This document shows positions 8,606 to 16,833 of a stretch of DNA of 41,065 nt, piece after piece (position 1 is the first letter of the stretch; each line of letters opens with the position of its first letter). The stretch lies in the IMG/VR virus record IMGVR_UViG_3300022555_000122. One strand, 5' to 3'. The notes beneath the pieces are model-generated. The model saw nothing but the letters and a program-made list of their open reading frames with translations. It was not told the origin of the DNA and ran no database searches. The stretch is from a virus. The position numbers and the translations under genes are program-made.

Positions 8606-9176
8606 TGAGAATTTCGTTTTTGCGAAATGAATAAACACGTTGGTTATCAAGGAAAATGTATTGTTCATGCTGGGCATTCTCAGAGAAATTACCAGATCCT
8701 TCAAAAATGAAATGGTGATCCAGGGCATGAATCAGTGTTACCTTGGAATGGTTCCAGGCATAAATAACTTTAACCGGGTAGTTAATGGTGATGGCGCCCA
8801 GGTGATCATTTACTTTAGGCTGCCTGGCCTTTATGGAATCACTGATAAAGATCTCAACAGATCCTATCTTTTTTTGATCCATGAGCCGGGTAAGGGCATC
8901 AATGATCCGGATGTTGATCGAATAGGTTGATAGAACCAGTTCCTTTATCTGTCCGCACTCTTTCAGAAGGAAGGGAATTACGGTAAAGGCATTGAAGCTA
9001 TTTATCGTCCAAAGGAAATAAAGGTCTTCTGGCCCCGGGAGCTTTCCCGTGAGCTGCTTTAAGCTTTCAATCTTAAGGCAATGGTAATTCAGGAATTTTT
9101 CAGCCAGGATGCCGGAGGTAGCGGTAGGTTTTTCATCAGTTTTGGCAACATCAGATATGTTGAAATACTTGTTCAA
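8589..9176 (-). CDS. Phospholipase D-like (HKD-type) nuclease-fold protein, 195 aa, TTG start
   Basis: Single HKD-like motif NHSKVTLIHALDHHFIFEGSGNFSEN (H-x-K ... GSxN). The start codon is TTG at 9176, directly after an in-frame TAA. Confidence 0.55.
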   Translation of the reverse strand: MNKYFNISDVAKTDEKPTATSGILAEKFLNYHCLKIESLKQLTGKLPGPEDLYFLWTINSFNAFTVIPFLLKECGQIKELVLSTYSINIRIIDALTRLMDQKKIGSVEIFISDSIKARQPKVNDHLGAITINYPVKVIYAWNHSKVTLIHALDHHFIFEGSGNFSENAQHEQYIFLDNQRVYSFRKNEILNGLNR

Positions 9177-9181
9177 TTAAC

Positions 9182-9529
9182 TTATAGGTTAAGTATTTTC
9201 ATGATTTCCTTTAATTCCATCTTCATTTGATCACACCGGTCACGACGTGCTTTTGTTTGGGGATGATTTGGATCATCCCGAAGTTTCTTTTTATTTCTCA
9301 CCAGGTTATTTTCCAGCTGCAGCTTCAGCTGAAACAGCTCAGACAATTTCATGTCTCGTATGGACTCCGTGCGTTTTAATCTGTCAAAAATCTTATGTTT
9401 ACCAAGGATGGTACCCTTTTCTTTATAATGATTCAGTTCATCATAAATGGATCTATTCTCCAGGTAATTTTCAACTGTATCCGAGTTGAGTTTTAACAAA
9501 TCATCACAATAACCCTTCTCAAATGCCAA
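9182..9529 (-). CDS. Hypothetical protein, 115 aa as annotated (TTG start); probably the C-terminal part of a -1 frameshift fusion with ORF 9673..10101
   Basis: The reading frame stays open for 72 codons upstream of the TTG (to 9745) with no ATG, GTG or TTG. It is the -1 frame relative to the upstream ORF. Confidence 0.6.
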   Translation of the reverse strand: MAFEKGYCDDLLKLNSDTVENYLENRSIYDELNHYKEKGTILGKHKIFDRLKRTESIRDMKLSELFQLKLQLENNLVRNKKKLRDDPNHPQTKARRDRCDQMKMELKEIMKILNL

Positions 9530-9672
9530 ATGCAGCCCTGTGTGAGCTGCTTTGTACGCTTCAAATGCCGTGATCTTGTCTGCCAGAAGTATCTTCAGCT
9601 CGGATGGGCAGTCGGGCAGCCTTACGAATGGGAATTCTTCCCTGAGTCGTATGGCTGGTACCGAGCTGAGAT

Positions 9673-10101
9673 CTATTTTTTTGCGGGTTCTCCTGCAGGT
9701 TTTTTGGTTTTTTCCTTCCCCAGTTCTTTTTTTGCGGCTTCTCCTTCAGGATTTTTGGTTTTACTTCTTCCCATTTCTTTTTTTGAGGATTTTGCTGCTT
9801 TCCTTTTGGATGCTGGTTTTGGGGCGGCTGGAGTACTCTGGTTCTTCTCAATTTTGACCACCGGTGCCTGAAGGATCAATGACAGATCCTTCTGTGATAG
9901 ATCAGCCAGCTCGCGGAGTTCGTCAAAAAGGGTGCCTTTGAGATAATCCGACTCAGATTGCATGTTGATCTGTTTTTTAACACTCAATCTTTTACCGAAT
10001 TCCTGGTAAAGATTAACGGCGGTTTTATACGTCCGATCCGATTTAAAGAATTGTAATATTCTCTCTTTCATTGCAATGTTGGTTTTGATTAATCTTGACA
10101 A
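9673..10101 (-). CDS. Hypothetical protein, 142 aa (TTG 10101; alternative ATG 10071) with a Lys-rich repeated C-terminus; G-like partner of a G/GT-type frameshift pair
   Basis: The ORF ends in the A7 slippery run. The C-terminus KKEMGRSKTKNPEGEAAKKELGKEKTKKPAGEPAKK is encoded by 51-nt tandem repeats. Confidence 0.6.
   Translation of the reverse strand: MSRLIKTNIAMKERILQFFKSDRTYKTAVNLYQEFGKRLSVKKQINMQSESDYLKGTLFDELRELADLSQKDLSLILQAPVVKIEKNQSTPAAPKPASKRKAAKSSKKEMGRSKTKNPEGEAAKKELGKEKTKKPAGEPAKK
9676..9682 (-). promoter_or_regulatory. Candidate -1 ribosomal frameshift (or transcriptional slippage) site A_AAA_AAA
   Basis: The minus strand reads CCC GCA AAA AAA TAG. The A7 run forms a canonical X_XXY_YYZ heptamer in frame 0, immediately before the stop. 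The -1 frame continues ATA GAT CTC ... into ORF 9182..9529. Confidence 0.55.
9676..9828. repeat. About 3 imperfect tandem copies of a 51-bp unit, each starting with a T7 (coding-strand A7) tract
   Basis: Units start at 9676, 9727 and 9778 (tttttttgcgg.ttctcct.cagg.tttttggtttt...). The third copy is degenerate. Confidence 0.8.
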
Positions 10102-10133
10102 ACATAGAATTTACAGTGATTTGCAAAAAGGAC

Positions 10134-10160
10134 AAAAAAACCCGCTCTGTAAAGCGGGTT
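10134..10160 (-). terminator. Rho-independent terminator after the 273-aa gene
   Basis: 7-bp stem (acccgct 10140-10146 / agcgggt 10153-10159) followed on the minus strand by T7 (A-run 10134-10140 on plus). Confidence 0.75.
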
Positions 10161-10184
10161 TAAGGATCTATGAACAGTATTGGA

Positions 10185-11006
10185 TTAAGTACGGCTCAAT
10201 TCGAAGAACTTGTATTCGGTAGGTCCGGATTTGAAGGCGCGAACAGTAAGTGTTGCCCCGGCAAGTGCTGTCCATGTTGTGCCATCTTTCAAAAGGAATG
10301 CCGAAGTGGCATTTGCAATAGTTGAAGGATGGTTTCCTCCTGATCCCAGGAGTGTGTAAACACCGCCATCAATGGAACCGGACAATGCAATTATTTCAGC
10401 CGCAGCTGCAGTACCGTTTGTGAGTTGATACTGGCCTTCACCAAGCTGTACCTGAAGATTGGTTTCGTCTGCAGGAAATGTTGCTCTGACAGTATCAAAG
10501 GTAAAGGTGCCCTGGTAATCGGCTACATCCGGTCCTTTTTGAACTGACTTGAACGTGAACGCTGTATTGGTCTTATCCTTATCATCCTGGCCTTTGAACT
10601 CGAGTTGCATTGGAGCACATTCATCACCATACTGGTTCACCTGTTCAGAACCGCATTTGCGGATAAAGACAATTGCGTTTTTGTTCTGCCAGGCATTACG
10701 AAATTCACGCAATGCAACGGCGTCGCCCGGGTGTTCACCTTCAACAGTATGAATGATTCCTTTGGCATCAGGATCACCAGTGCTTTCCACGCTTGCCTTC
10801 ATTGTGGATTGAGTTATGTAAACTCTTATCATGTATTTTCCAGGCTTCATGATAAAGTCATCGGTAATAACAATCCCTTTGCCATCACGGTTTGGGAAAG
10901 TTTGGATATCGTCGCAATCTGCGAGGATAAATTCGGCTTTTTTGTTTCCGCCAATACCAGCATTATTGCTGGATTTTTCAAGATCGACATTTACATAAGG
11001 TGGCAT
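10185..11006 (-). CDS. Virion protein, 273 aa; candidate major tail protein or capsid decoration protein with a C-terminal display domain shared with the capsid protein
   Basis: Lies between the capsid gene and the G/GT-like pair and is bracketed by two terminators. Its C-terminal ~95 aa (...GGVYTLLGSGGNHPSTIANATSAFLLKDG...YKFFELSRT) aligns with the two C-terminal repeats of the 720-aa capsid protein. Confidence 0.5.
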   Translation of the reverse strand: MPPYVNVDLEKSSNNAGIGGNKKAEFILADCDDIQTFPNRDGKGIVITDDFIMKPGKYMIRVYITQSTMKASVESTGDPDAKGIIHTVEGEHPGDAVALREFRNAWQNKNAIVFIRKCGSEQVNQYGDECAPMQLEFKGQDDKDKTNTAFTFKSVQKGPDVADYQGTFTFDTVRATFPADETNLQVQLGEGQYQLTNGTAAAAEIIALSGSIDGGVYTLLGSGGNHPSTIANATSAFLLKDGTTWTALAGATLTVRAFKSGPTEYKFFELSRT

Positions 11007-11044
11007 TTTTTATATCTCCTATTTTAAATTTTTGGTTAAGATTG

Positions 11045-11077
11045 AAAAAATCAGTGGGGCAGGCTCGGCCTGCCCCA
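11045..11077 (-). terminator. Rho-independent terminator after the major capsid gene
   Basis: Perfect 10-bp GC-rich stem (tggggcaggc 11055-11064 / gcctgcccca 11068-11077) followed on the minus strand by ctgaTTTTTT. Confidence 0.8.
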
Positions 11078-11084
11078 TCCAGAT

Positions 11085-13247
11085 CTATCCTCTCTGGATT
11101 TCATAGAATTTACCGTCGCTGGCACTTTTTTGCAGGTCGATGAAAGTCCCGACTCCAAGAGTCATCACATCGGTCAGAACAAAATTCCCGGCATTTGCAA
11201 TTGTCGTGGAATGAGCTGCTGATCCACCATAAATCCTGTAAACCCTTGTGGTAAGAGCATCCAAAAGATTGGTGATTGCAGTTGCATTCACGTTTGCAAC
11301 CGTGATGAAGGTGTCGCCCATGGCAACCGATGGGGTAGCGTTGTCGGCATCGAAAGCGATGGCGGTGGACGAAACACTCGACCTGAGGATCTCGATCCAT
11401 TTTCCGTCGCTTCTTTTCTTAAGCCGGATTTCATCCCCCACAGCGCCATTGAATGCCGCACTGATCAGGGAGAATTTACCTGCCTGGGCAATGGTCGGAG
11501 AATTTGTGGCATTTCCGATTTTAAATCGGATCTCCTTCCCAACTGCAGCATCATCAAAATCAGTGATCGCGGTTGCCTGGGTATTGGCAACTGTGATCAG
11601 GCTGGTATGCTCCAGTACTGACGGTGATGTGTCGTTTGCATCCGTTTCCAGGTAGAAGTCTGCCGGCTCATCCACGTCGTTGCACCAGATCCTCTGTGAG
11701 GAATAATCTGATGGCATGGCTGCAGCTGTATCAAATTTCTTACCGGTTAAGTAAGCCCAAACCGATTCTTTGAAATTTGACCAAACCTTCAGGTTCCAGT
11801 CCTGCTGCTCAAAGGTGAAATTGAGCATTTCACCAGGCTTGTCTTCAGCCAGGAAAATGTTTCCGTCAAAGGTCCAGATGATCCTCTTTGAAGGTGCCAT
11901 GTTTGGCAGCTCAACGATTTTTACCCGTTCGTAACCTTTAACTACCTTGATACCACCTGTATAATCAGTGTTCCCTGCATAGCGAACCTCATAATCATTG
12001 AGATAGTCCGAGTAAGCATCGGTAGTCATGTAGCAAATCAGTCTTCCTGAGTCGCGGAACTGTGCCGGAATCATCCGGGTGCAGTTCTTCACGTAGCTGA
12101 CCATCCCTGAACTGGTCCATTCACCAACGGCGAAAGGTTTCACCTTGAATGAAGCGATCTGGTTCTTGATGAACTTGCGAAGACCATTGGAAGCATTGAT
12201 GAAATTCCCGGGAACATTCTTGGTTGGGTTCTTACGAACGCCATTGATCCAGCGCATTTCCTGCTCGTTGCAGATCTGCTTGCTGGATTCGGTCATAATG
12301 TACTCAACGAATCCCATCTTCATGGTTGAAGATCCTTCCTGGTTCATGTAACCGATCCAGTTTGTCTCAATCTCTTTCAACTGAGAGAATTTGGCGGCAA
12401 ACATGACAGAATACATGGTGATGATTTCCGGTTCGAACTGGTAACCGCCTTTTACAACGGCATCAAAATCCGATCCTACCACCGTACCGTCAGCCTGGGT
12501 AAAATCATTGAGGAACATATTGACCAGAACCTGCTGATCCTGGACATTGCTTCTCATTGGGAAAATGCCCTTCAGAGATGGTAACTCAGAAACGAATGAC
12601 TGAATGCGATCCTGGGCCCTCACGCGGTAATAATCTCCGAGGTCGGCTTTCAGGGCCTCATAATCCATCGAGGTGGCTGAATTGACAGGAATCATGACGC
12701 CTTTTCTGGACATCAAAATGGCATAAGCCCGTTTATTGTACGGATGTTTGTCATCAATGGCCATGAAAGGAACATTACGACCAAACAGATGGGTGTCGGC
12801 GCCAGTTGGATCCCAGTTTTCCCCTTCTGTAGGCTTGGCAACTGTCCCCGGCTTGGGTTTTGGTTTCGGTTCGGCAGCATCGGACAATGTTGCAACGGTG
12901 GCCTCAAGCTCAGTGGCTTTCTGTTCTGCAATCTTTCTTGCAGTTGCCTGCTCGTCCTTGATTTTGTTTGCAGCATTGAGTTGAGTGCGCAAATCTTCTT
13001 GCGCATCGATTGATACCTGGAGATGGTTATTCATCTCAATAAGTAACCCGCTGATCACCTCTGGATCGGTCTCGGTACCTTCAGGATCATTTTTGATAGC
13101 TTCAAGGAACTTTTCAGTGAATGCTTCACCTCTGAATTGTTTCATTTTGGCTATTTGCTCCTCCGTAAAAAAAACTTTACCGTCCTTATCTTTGGCAAAA
13201 GCCTTGATACGGAGAAGAGCCAGGACGGAAGCACGCAGCTGTTTCAT
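11085..13247 (-). CDS. Major capsid protein, 720 aa, with an N-terminal scaffold-like coiled coil and two C-terminal ~90-aa repeat domains
   Basis: Directly downstream of the prohead protease. The N-terminal ~130 aa are coiled-coil-like and end in a PKPKPKP linker. The central ~400 aa are of capsid size. The C-terminus holds two tandem repeats. Confidence 0.7.
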   Translation of the reverse strand: MKQLRASVLALLRIKAFAKDKDGKVFFTEEQIAKMKQFRGEAFTEKFLEAIKNDPEGTETDPEVISGLLIEMNNHLQVSIDAQEDLRTQLNAANKIKDEQATARKIAEQKATELEATVATLSDAAEPKPKPKPGTVAKPTEGENWDPTGADTHLFGRNVPFMAIDDKHPYNKRAYAILMSRKGVMIPVNSATSMDYEALKADLGDYYRVRAQDRIQSFVSELPSLKGIFPMRSNVQDQQVLVNMFLNDFTQADGTVVGSDFDAVVKGGYQFEPEIITMYSVMFAAKFSQLKEIETNWIGYMNQEGSSTMKMGFVEYIMTESSKQICNEQEMRWINGVRKNPTKNVPGNFINASNGLRKFIKNQIASFKVKPFAVGEWTSSGMVSYVKNCTRMIPAQFRDSGRLICYMTTDAYSDYLNDYEVRYAGNTDYTGGIKVVKGYERVKIVELPNMAPSKRIIWTFDGNIFLAEDKPGEMLNFTFEQQDWNLKVWSNFKESVWAYLTGKKFDTAAAMPSDYSSQRIWCNDVDEPADFYLETDANDTSPSVLEHTSLITVANTQATAITDFDDAAVGKEIRFKIGNATNSPTIAQAGKFSLISAAFNGAVGDEIRLKKRSDGKWIEILRSSVSSTAIAFDADNATPSVAMGDTFITVANVNATAITNLLDALTTRVYRIYGGSAAHSTTIANAGNFVLTDVMTLGVGTFIDLQKSASDGKFYEIQRG

Positions 13248-13249
13248 AA

Positions 13250-14152
13250 TTAGAATTTTAATTGTTTAGAAAATTGATTGATTTTATTGGACATGCCCAG
13301 GTCGTACGCATAGTTGAATGCATACTCCAGGGAGTTGATTTCGTTGATTAAGCCTAAGTCAATTGCTTGATTGGCATTGTACATGGCGCCGGTGAATACT
13401 TCTGAATCGGCTTTTATTCCAAGATTCTTCTGGATCTCTGCATGGAATATTTCATTGCAGTAATCCAGTTCATCAATGATCGGCTGGCTATTCGGCTGGC
13501 CAGTCGGATTGTCCAGGAACTCCCGGACCATTTCATTCTTCTTCGTGGATTTGGTGGCGTAGAAATCTGTAATGACTATCCCCAGTTTATCTTTCAGTAA
13601 GATTGCCATGTCGGTAAGGGAAGTCATCACGCCGATGGACCCGATACGGTCCAGCTGGGAGGTTGCAATGCGATAATCCATTGCTGAAGCGATCCACATG
13701 CCGGCGCTTGCCGTCATGTTCATGATTGCTGCAACGGTAGGTTTTGCACTATCCTTAATCGCCTGAGCGCAGATGTCGGTATTGAAAACCATTCCTCCCG
13801 GGGTGTTGGAAGGAAAGAGGATCGAGCTGATCCTGGGATTATCGTTAGCCTGGTGAAGATACCTTATGATATTATTGGTATCCCACGAGCACAACACGCC
13901 ATCCAGCGGAATGACAGCAACTGAATTTTCAGGAATGTCAACATTGGTAATGTCGTAGGGAGCAACCGGGTTGATGAAGTCTTCCTCGATAGCCAATACA
14001 TAAGGTTGTTTTCTCTTTTTTGCCTCTGACTGAAGTTCGACGGCAAACTTCTGGCCGTTCATCAAGGAAATCAAAATCGGCAAATACGACATTGCCGTAT
14101 TGCGATCAATTAACCACTTTGCACAAAGGATTTCTAAAAGAGCATCAATCAC
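13250..14152 (-). CDS. Prohead maturation protease, S49 (SppA)/ClpP family, 300 aa, GTG start
   Basis: Motifs ...SNTPGGMVF... and AAIMNMTASAGMWIASAMDYRIATSQLDRIGSIGV are typical of S49/ClpP-type phage head proteases. The gene sits 2 nt upstream of the capsid gene. Confidence 0.8.
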   Translation of the reverse strand: MIDALLEILCAKWLIDRNTAMSYLPILISLMNGQKFAVELQSEAKKRKQPYVLAIEEDFINPVAPYDITNVDIPENSVAVIPLDGVLCSWDTNNIIRYLHQANDNPRISSILFPSNTPGGMVFNTDICAQAIKDSAKPTVAAIMNMTASAGMWIASAMDYRIATSQLDRIGSIGVMTSLTDMAILLKDKLGIVITDFYATKSTKKNEMVREFLDNPTGQPNSQPIIDELDYCNEIFHAEIQKNLGIKADSEVFTGAMYNANQAIDLGLINEINSLEYAFNYAYDLGMSNKINQFSKQLKF

Positions 14153-14231
14153 CTCAATATTGTTTGAGCAGCAATATTATTGAGGCGCCTTACCTTTTTA
14201 AAGGACTTGATAATTAAGGGAAAACGGTGTT

Positions 14232-14741
14232 TTAATCCATATTTGCACCGGGATTTCCATCATCCGGGATGGGAATTGATTGACCGGTTGTATCCATCCA
14301 TTTTGCAGTTGATATTGCCGTGCATGTGATTTCCATCTGCCTGTTGGTGACTTTTGGATTTGTCTGTACAGTTGGAAGCAAACGTGCGGGATTATCCAAA
14401 TCACCGATAAATTTTGCACGACCTATATTATAGGTAAGCAGAACCAGGATTGGCCGGTTACTGATTTCAGATATGGTTATGGCATTGGATTCATTCTCTC
14501 CTGGGAAGACGAATTTCAGTTTCTGTTCAAACACCGATCCCGGATCATCAATTTTTTGAGGTTCCTGGAAGTCGGCAGATCCCGGAGTGAAATAAATCTG
14601 CTTCCATGTTTTTCCTGTTACCAGGGTTATGATTTTATGATATTCTGATCTGCCGTCTGCAATTGAAAGAACTTCTTCCGGGAAGCAATATAATATTCCA
14701 CAGATGATCGAATTCAGGTTGGTGTTTTTAAGGATTGACAT
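14232..14741 (-). CDS. Hypothetical protein, 169 aa
   Basis: ORF in the same transcriptional direction. No motif recognised. Confidence 0.55.
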   Translation of the reverse strand: MSILKNTNLNSIICGILYCFPEEVLSIADGRSEYHKIITLVTGKTWKQIYFTPGSADFQEPQKIDDPGSVFEQKLKFVFPGENESNAITISEISNRPILVLLTYNIGRAKFIGDLDNPARLLPTVQTNPKVTNRQMEITCTAISTAKWMDTTGQSIPIPDDGNPGANMD

Positions 14742-14779
14742 ATACAGTATTTTATATAATTAACAATTGTTAACAAATG

Positions 14780-15286
14780 TTAACTCGTCGGACAAAAACG
14801 ACGTTTAACTGACGACTTATTATATTTCCTTTTTCTGTGAGCATACACCCTCTTTTTGGACGAATAACGTTGATAATATTTATCAAGCGCTTCAAACGCC
14901 TGGGCGCCCAGGTCGTATTTATCGATGAACACGTAGATTGAATCCTTTATGTTAAGGCCGGAAAGCCGGGATTCATTCATATCTTCAACGAATGTCAAAT
15001 GAAAAAAATTCTTGATTGATTTCAGATAACATTTCTCACACAGAGATGATAAATAGAAATTGTACAGTACATTCTTTTCATCATTGTATGGAATGGTTAT
15101 CACCAGGTCGTTGATACCAGCCGTCTTTGGTTTGTACTCCTTTGGTGGCCGCCTGAGGAAATGAAACAACCGGTTCAAAAGGAAATGCCCTTTAGGCAAT
15201 TCCATGGGCATTTGCCCAAAATTAGCAATCATGAACTGATTCAAAATCGGTTCTGATCGGATGATTACAGTGATGGGAGATGGCAT
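14780..15286 (-). CDS. Hypothetical protein, 168 aa, with a strongly basic C-terminus
   Basis: The ORF's C-terminus is KKRVYAHRKRKYNKSSVKRRF. No motif recognised. Confidence 0.55.
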   Translation of the reverse strand: MPSPITVIIRSEPILNQFMIANFGQMPMELPKGHFLLNRLFHFLRRPPKEYKPKTAGINDLVITIPYNDEKNVLYNFYLSSLCEKCYLKSIKNFFHLTFVEDMNESRLSGLNIKDSIYVFIDKYDLGAQAFEALDKYYQRYSSKKRVYAHRKRKYNKSSVKRRFCPTS

Positions 15287-15329
15287 AGTTTAAAATTAGA
15301 GGTTGACATTAGTAATAACAAGGAACATT

Positions 15330-15611
15330 TCATTCTACAATCCATCCATGCTTTTCACATAAAGATCTGGCATGGATCTTTGATTTTAACCACATATACA
15401 AGATACTTTCACCATCAGGACAATCTGGCCATATAATACTGTATTGGCTTCCATCCATATAGTCAATTTCAACAACAGTTCCAGTAGGCGGTAATTCCAA
15501 TCCAAAAGATTCACGATAACTTTCAATATTTTCAATCATTTTACTATCATTAAAATCAGCGCTATCACCTGGCAAATAAATCCGATAACCAATACTGGAA
15601 GGCCAATCCAT
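15330..15611 (-). CDS. Hypothetical protein, 93 aa
   Basis: ORF in an operon context. Confidence 0.5.
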   Translation of the reverse strand: MDWPSSIGYRIYLPGDSADFNDSKMIENIESYRESFGLELPPTGTVVEIDYMDGSQYSIIWPDCPDGESILYMWLKSKIHARSLCEKHGWIVE

Positions 15612-15693
15612 ATAGCATAGAGTTTGATTTTAACCCACCTAGTTTGTTTTTCCAAACTTTTTACCAGTTCTATATCACCCCTCCAATGAGATC

Positions 15694-15912
15694 TTAAATC
15701 CTTAACGTTGTAAGAAATTCCACGGCTATTTTAGTATCATTCAATTCTGGCTTACTCATTAGCCATTTATAAACAGCATCAAGTTCTGGCTTGCCCAGGT
15801 ATATTTTATTCGACATTGGTGGTACTGGTATTCTCCTATTGTTTTTATATATTCTATCCTTTGGAGGTTCGGGTGGTGGTGGTGGATTTTTATGCCCTTG
15901 AAATCTTTCCAT
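15694..15912 (-). CDS. Hypothetical protein, 72 aa, with a PPPPPEPP tract
   Basis: The ORF starts 5 nt downstream of the stop of the ASCH-like gene. The overlapping ORF 15759..16031 is judged spurious. Confidence 0.45.
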   Translation of the reverse strand: MERFQGHKNPPPPPEPPKDRIYKNNRRIPVPPMSNKIYLGKPELDAVYKWLMSKPELNDTKIAVEFLTTLRI

Positions 15913-15916
15913 ATAT

Positions 15917-16360
15917 TTACTTTAAAATTGTTAAACCTTCCTTTTGTAATAAATCCAATTCTTTCCATTTTAATTGACCTTTCCAAGGTATCTTGACAAT
16001 TGGCTGGATATCCTCGTAAACATGACACCATAGTCCAGGTCGGTATTTAACAAAGCATGCATTCTCGTCTTCAAGTGTCATTGGCCGGCAATCAATCAAT
16101 CTACCAATAGCAATAGCTTTCCCTGGAGATACTTTTGGCAGATAACCCATGATAAATACAATCCGGTCAGTTTGTTCTCTTCCTGATATTTGAAGAACCT
16201 GCAATCCATCATAGGATTTTTTGCTGCAGCAAATCAATACCCATCCACGATAATTTGTATGCCAGGTCCTTGTTTCAATTTTTCCATAAAGCATCAAAGT
16301 GCCGTAGGGTTCTTTCCAGGAAAGAGCCAATATTTTTTGATCAGGGGAAAATGTGTTCAT
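15917..16360 (-). CDS. ASCH (PUA-like) domain protein, 147 aa
   Basis: The N-terminal pattern ILALSWKEPYGTLMLYGKIETRTWHTNYRGWVLICCSKK and the later GKAIAIGRLIDCRP...IPWKGQLKW match the ASCH domain layout. Confidence 0.55.
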   Translation of the reverse strand: MNTFSPDQKILALSWKEPYGTLMLYGKIETRTWHTNYRGWVLICCSKKSYDGLQVLQISGREQTDRIVFIMGYLPKVSPGKAIAIGRLIDCRPMTLEDENACFVKYRPGLWCHVYEDIQPIVKIPWKGQLKWKELDLLQKEGLTILK

Positions 16361-16833
16361 TATCCTAAATCACGTTTAAAATCAGGTCTCATAATTGGTT
16401 TTATTGCTTGTAGTTTTCTAAGTTTTTCCATGGCTTTATCAAAATTTGAAGGCTTACTTTCCATAACTGTTTCATCGGCCAATAGAACGGTTTTTGTATT
16501 TTCAACTACGTTTTCTATGATATCATTGGTAGTCTTGCCCTCTTTTTCCTTTTTCCTTAAACGAAAAGCCCTTTGTGAGCAACTACGTCTACAATATTTT
16601 ACATCAAAATTCTTTGGTATGAATTCTTTTCCACAGACTTCACATTTCTTGGGATCGTATGTCTTTGCAACCTCTGTGGGGTTATATACTAATCTGTGAT
16701 ATCTTCTCTGGTAACAGTTATTTGAACACAAATCGGATTTTCTGTTATGCTCCACTCCGCATTCAGGACAAGTTTTTATTGTAACTTCACTCCTGATAAC
16801 ATTTGTAATAGGATCGCCATTGAGTAATTTCAA
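16360..16833 (-). CDS. Double zinc-ribbon protein, 157 aa (TTG start; true start uncertain)
   Basis: Two CxxC...C...C units (CPECGVEHNRKSDLCSNNCYQRRYH and CEVCGKEFIPKNFDVKYCRRSCSQRAFR). The frame stays open 48 codons upstream of the TTG without a canonical start. Confidence 0.6.
   Translation of the reverse strand: MKLLNGDPITNVIRSEVTIKTCPECGVEHNRKSDLCSNNCYQRRYHRLVYNPTEVAKTYDPKKCEVCGKEFIPKNFDVKYCRRSCSQRAFRLRKKEKEGKTTNDIIENVVENTKTVLLADETVMESKPSNFDKAMEKLRKLQAIKPIMRPDFKRDLG

Noticed and set aside
9676-9828. Possible CRISPR-like or minisatellite array
   Set aside because: The units are contiguous with no spacers, imperfect, and lie in-frame inside a coding sequence. It is a coding tandem repeat, not a CRISPR array.
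9530-9871. Plus-strand ORFs 9530..9871 and 9552..9857, and minus-strand ORF 9561..9851
   Set aside because: They are alternative-frame readings of the T/A-rich 51-bp tandem repeat and the frameshift bridge. Their products are low-complexity (poly-F/L or poly-K/P/Q), and they fully overlap better-supported minus-strand coding sequence.
10185-11642. Possible diversity-generating retroelement (template/variable repeat) because of repeated C-terminal domains
   Set aside because: The repeats are similar only at the protein level and not as near-identical DNA with adenine-specific differences. The genome also has no reverse transcriptase ORF.
15759-16031. Track ORF of 90 aa overlapping both 15694..15912 and 15917..16360
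   Set aside because: It is fully nested in the alternative frame across two better-supported, tightly spaced genes. It has an odd composition and there is no room for its own signals.
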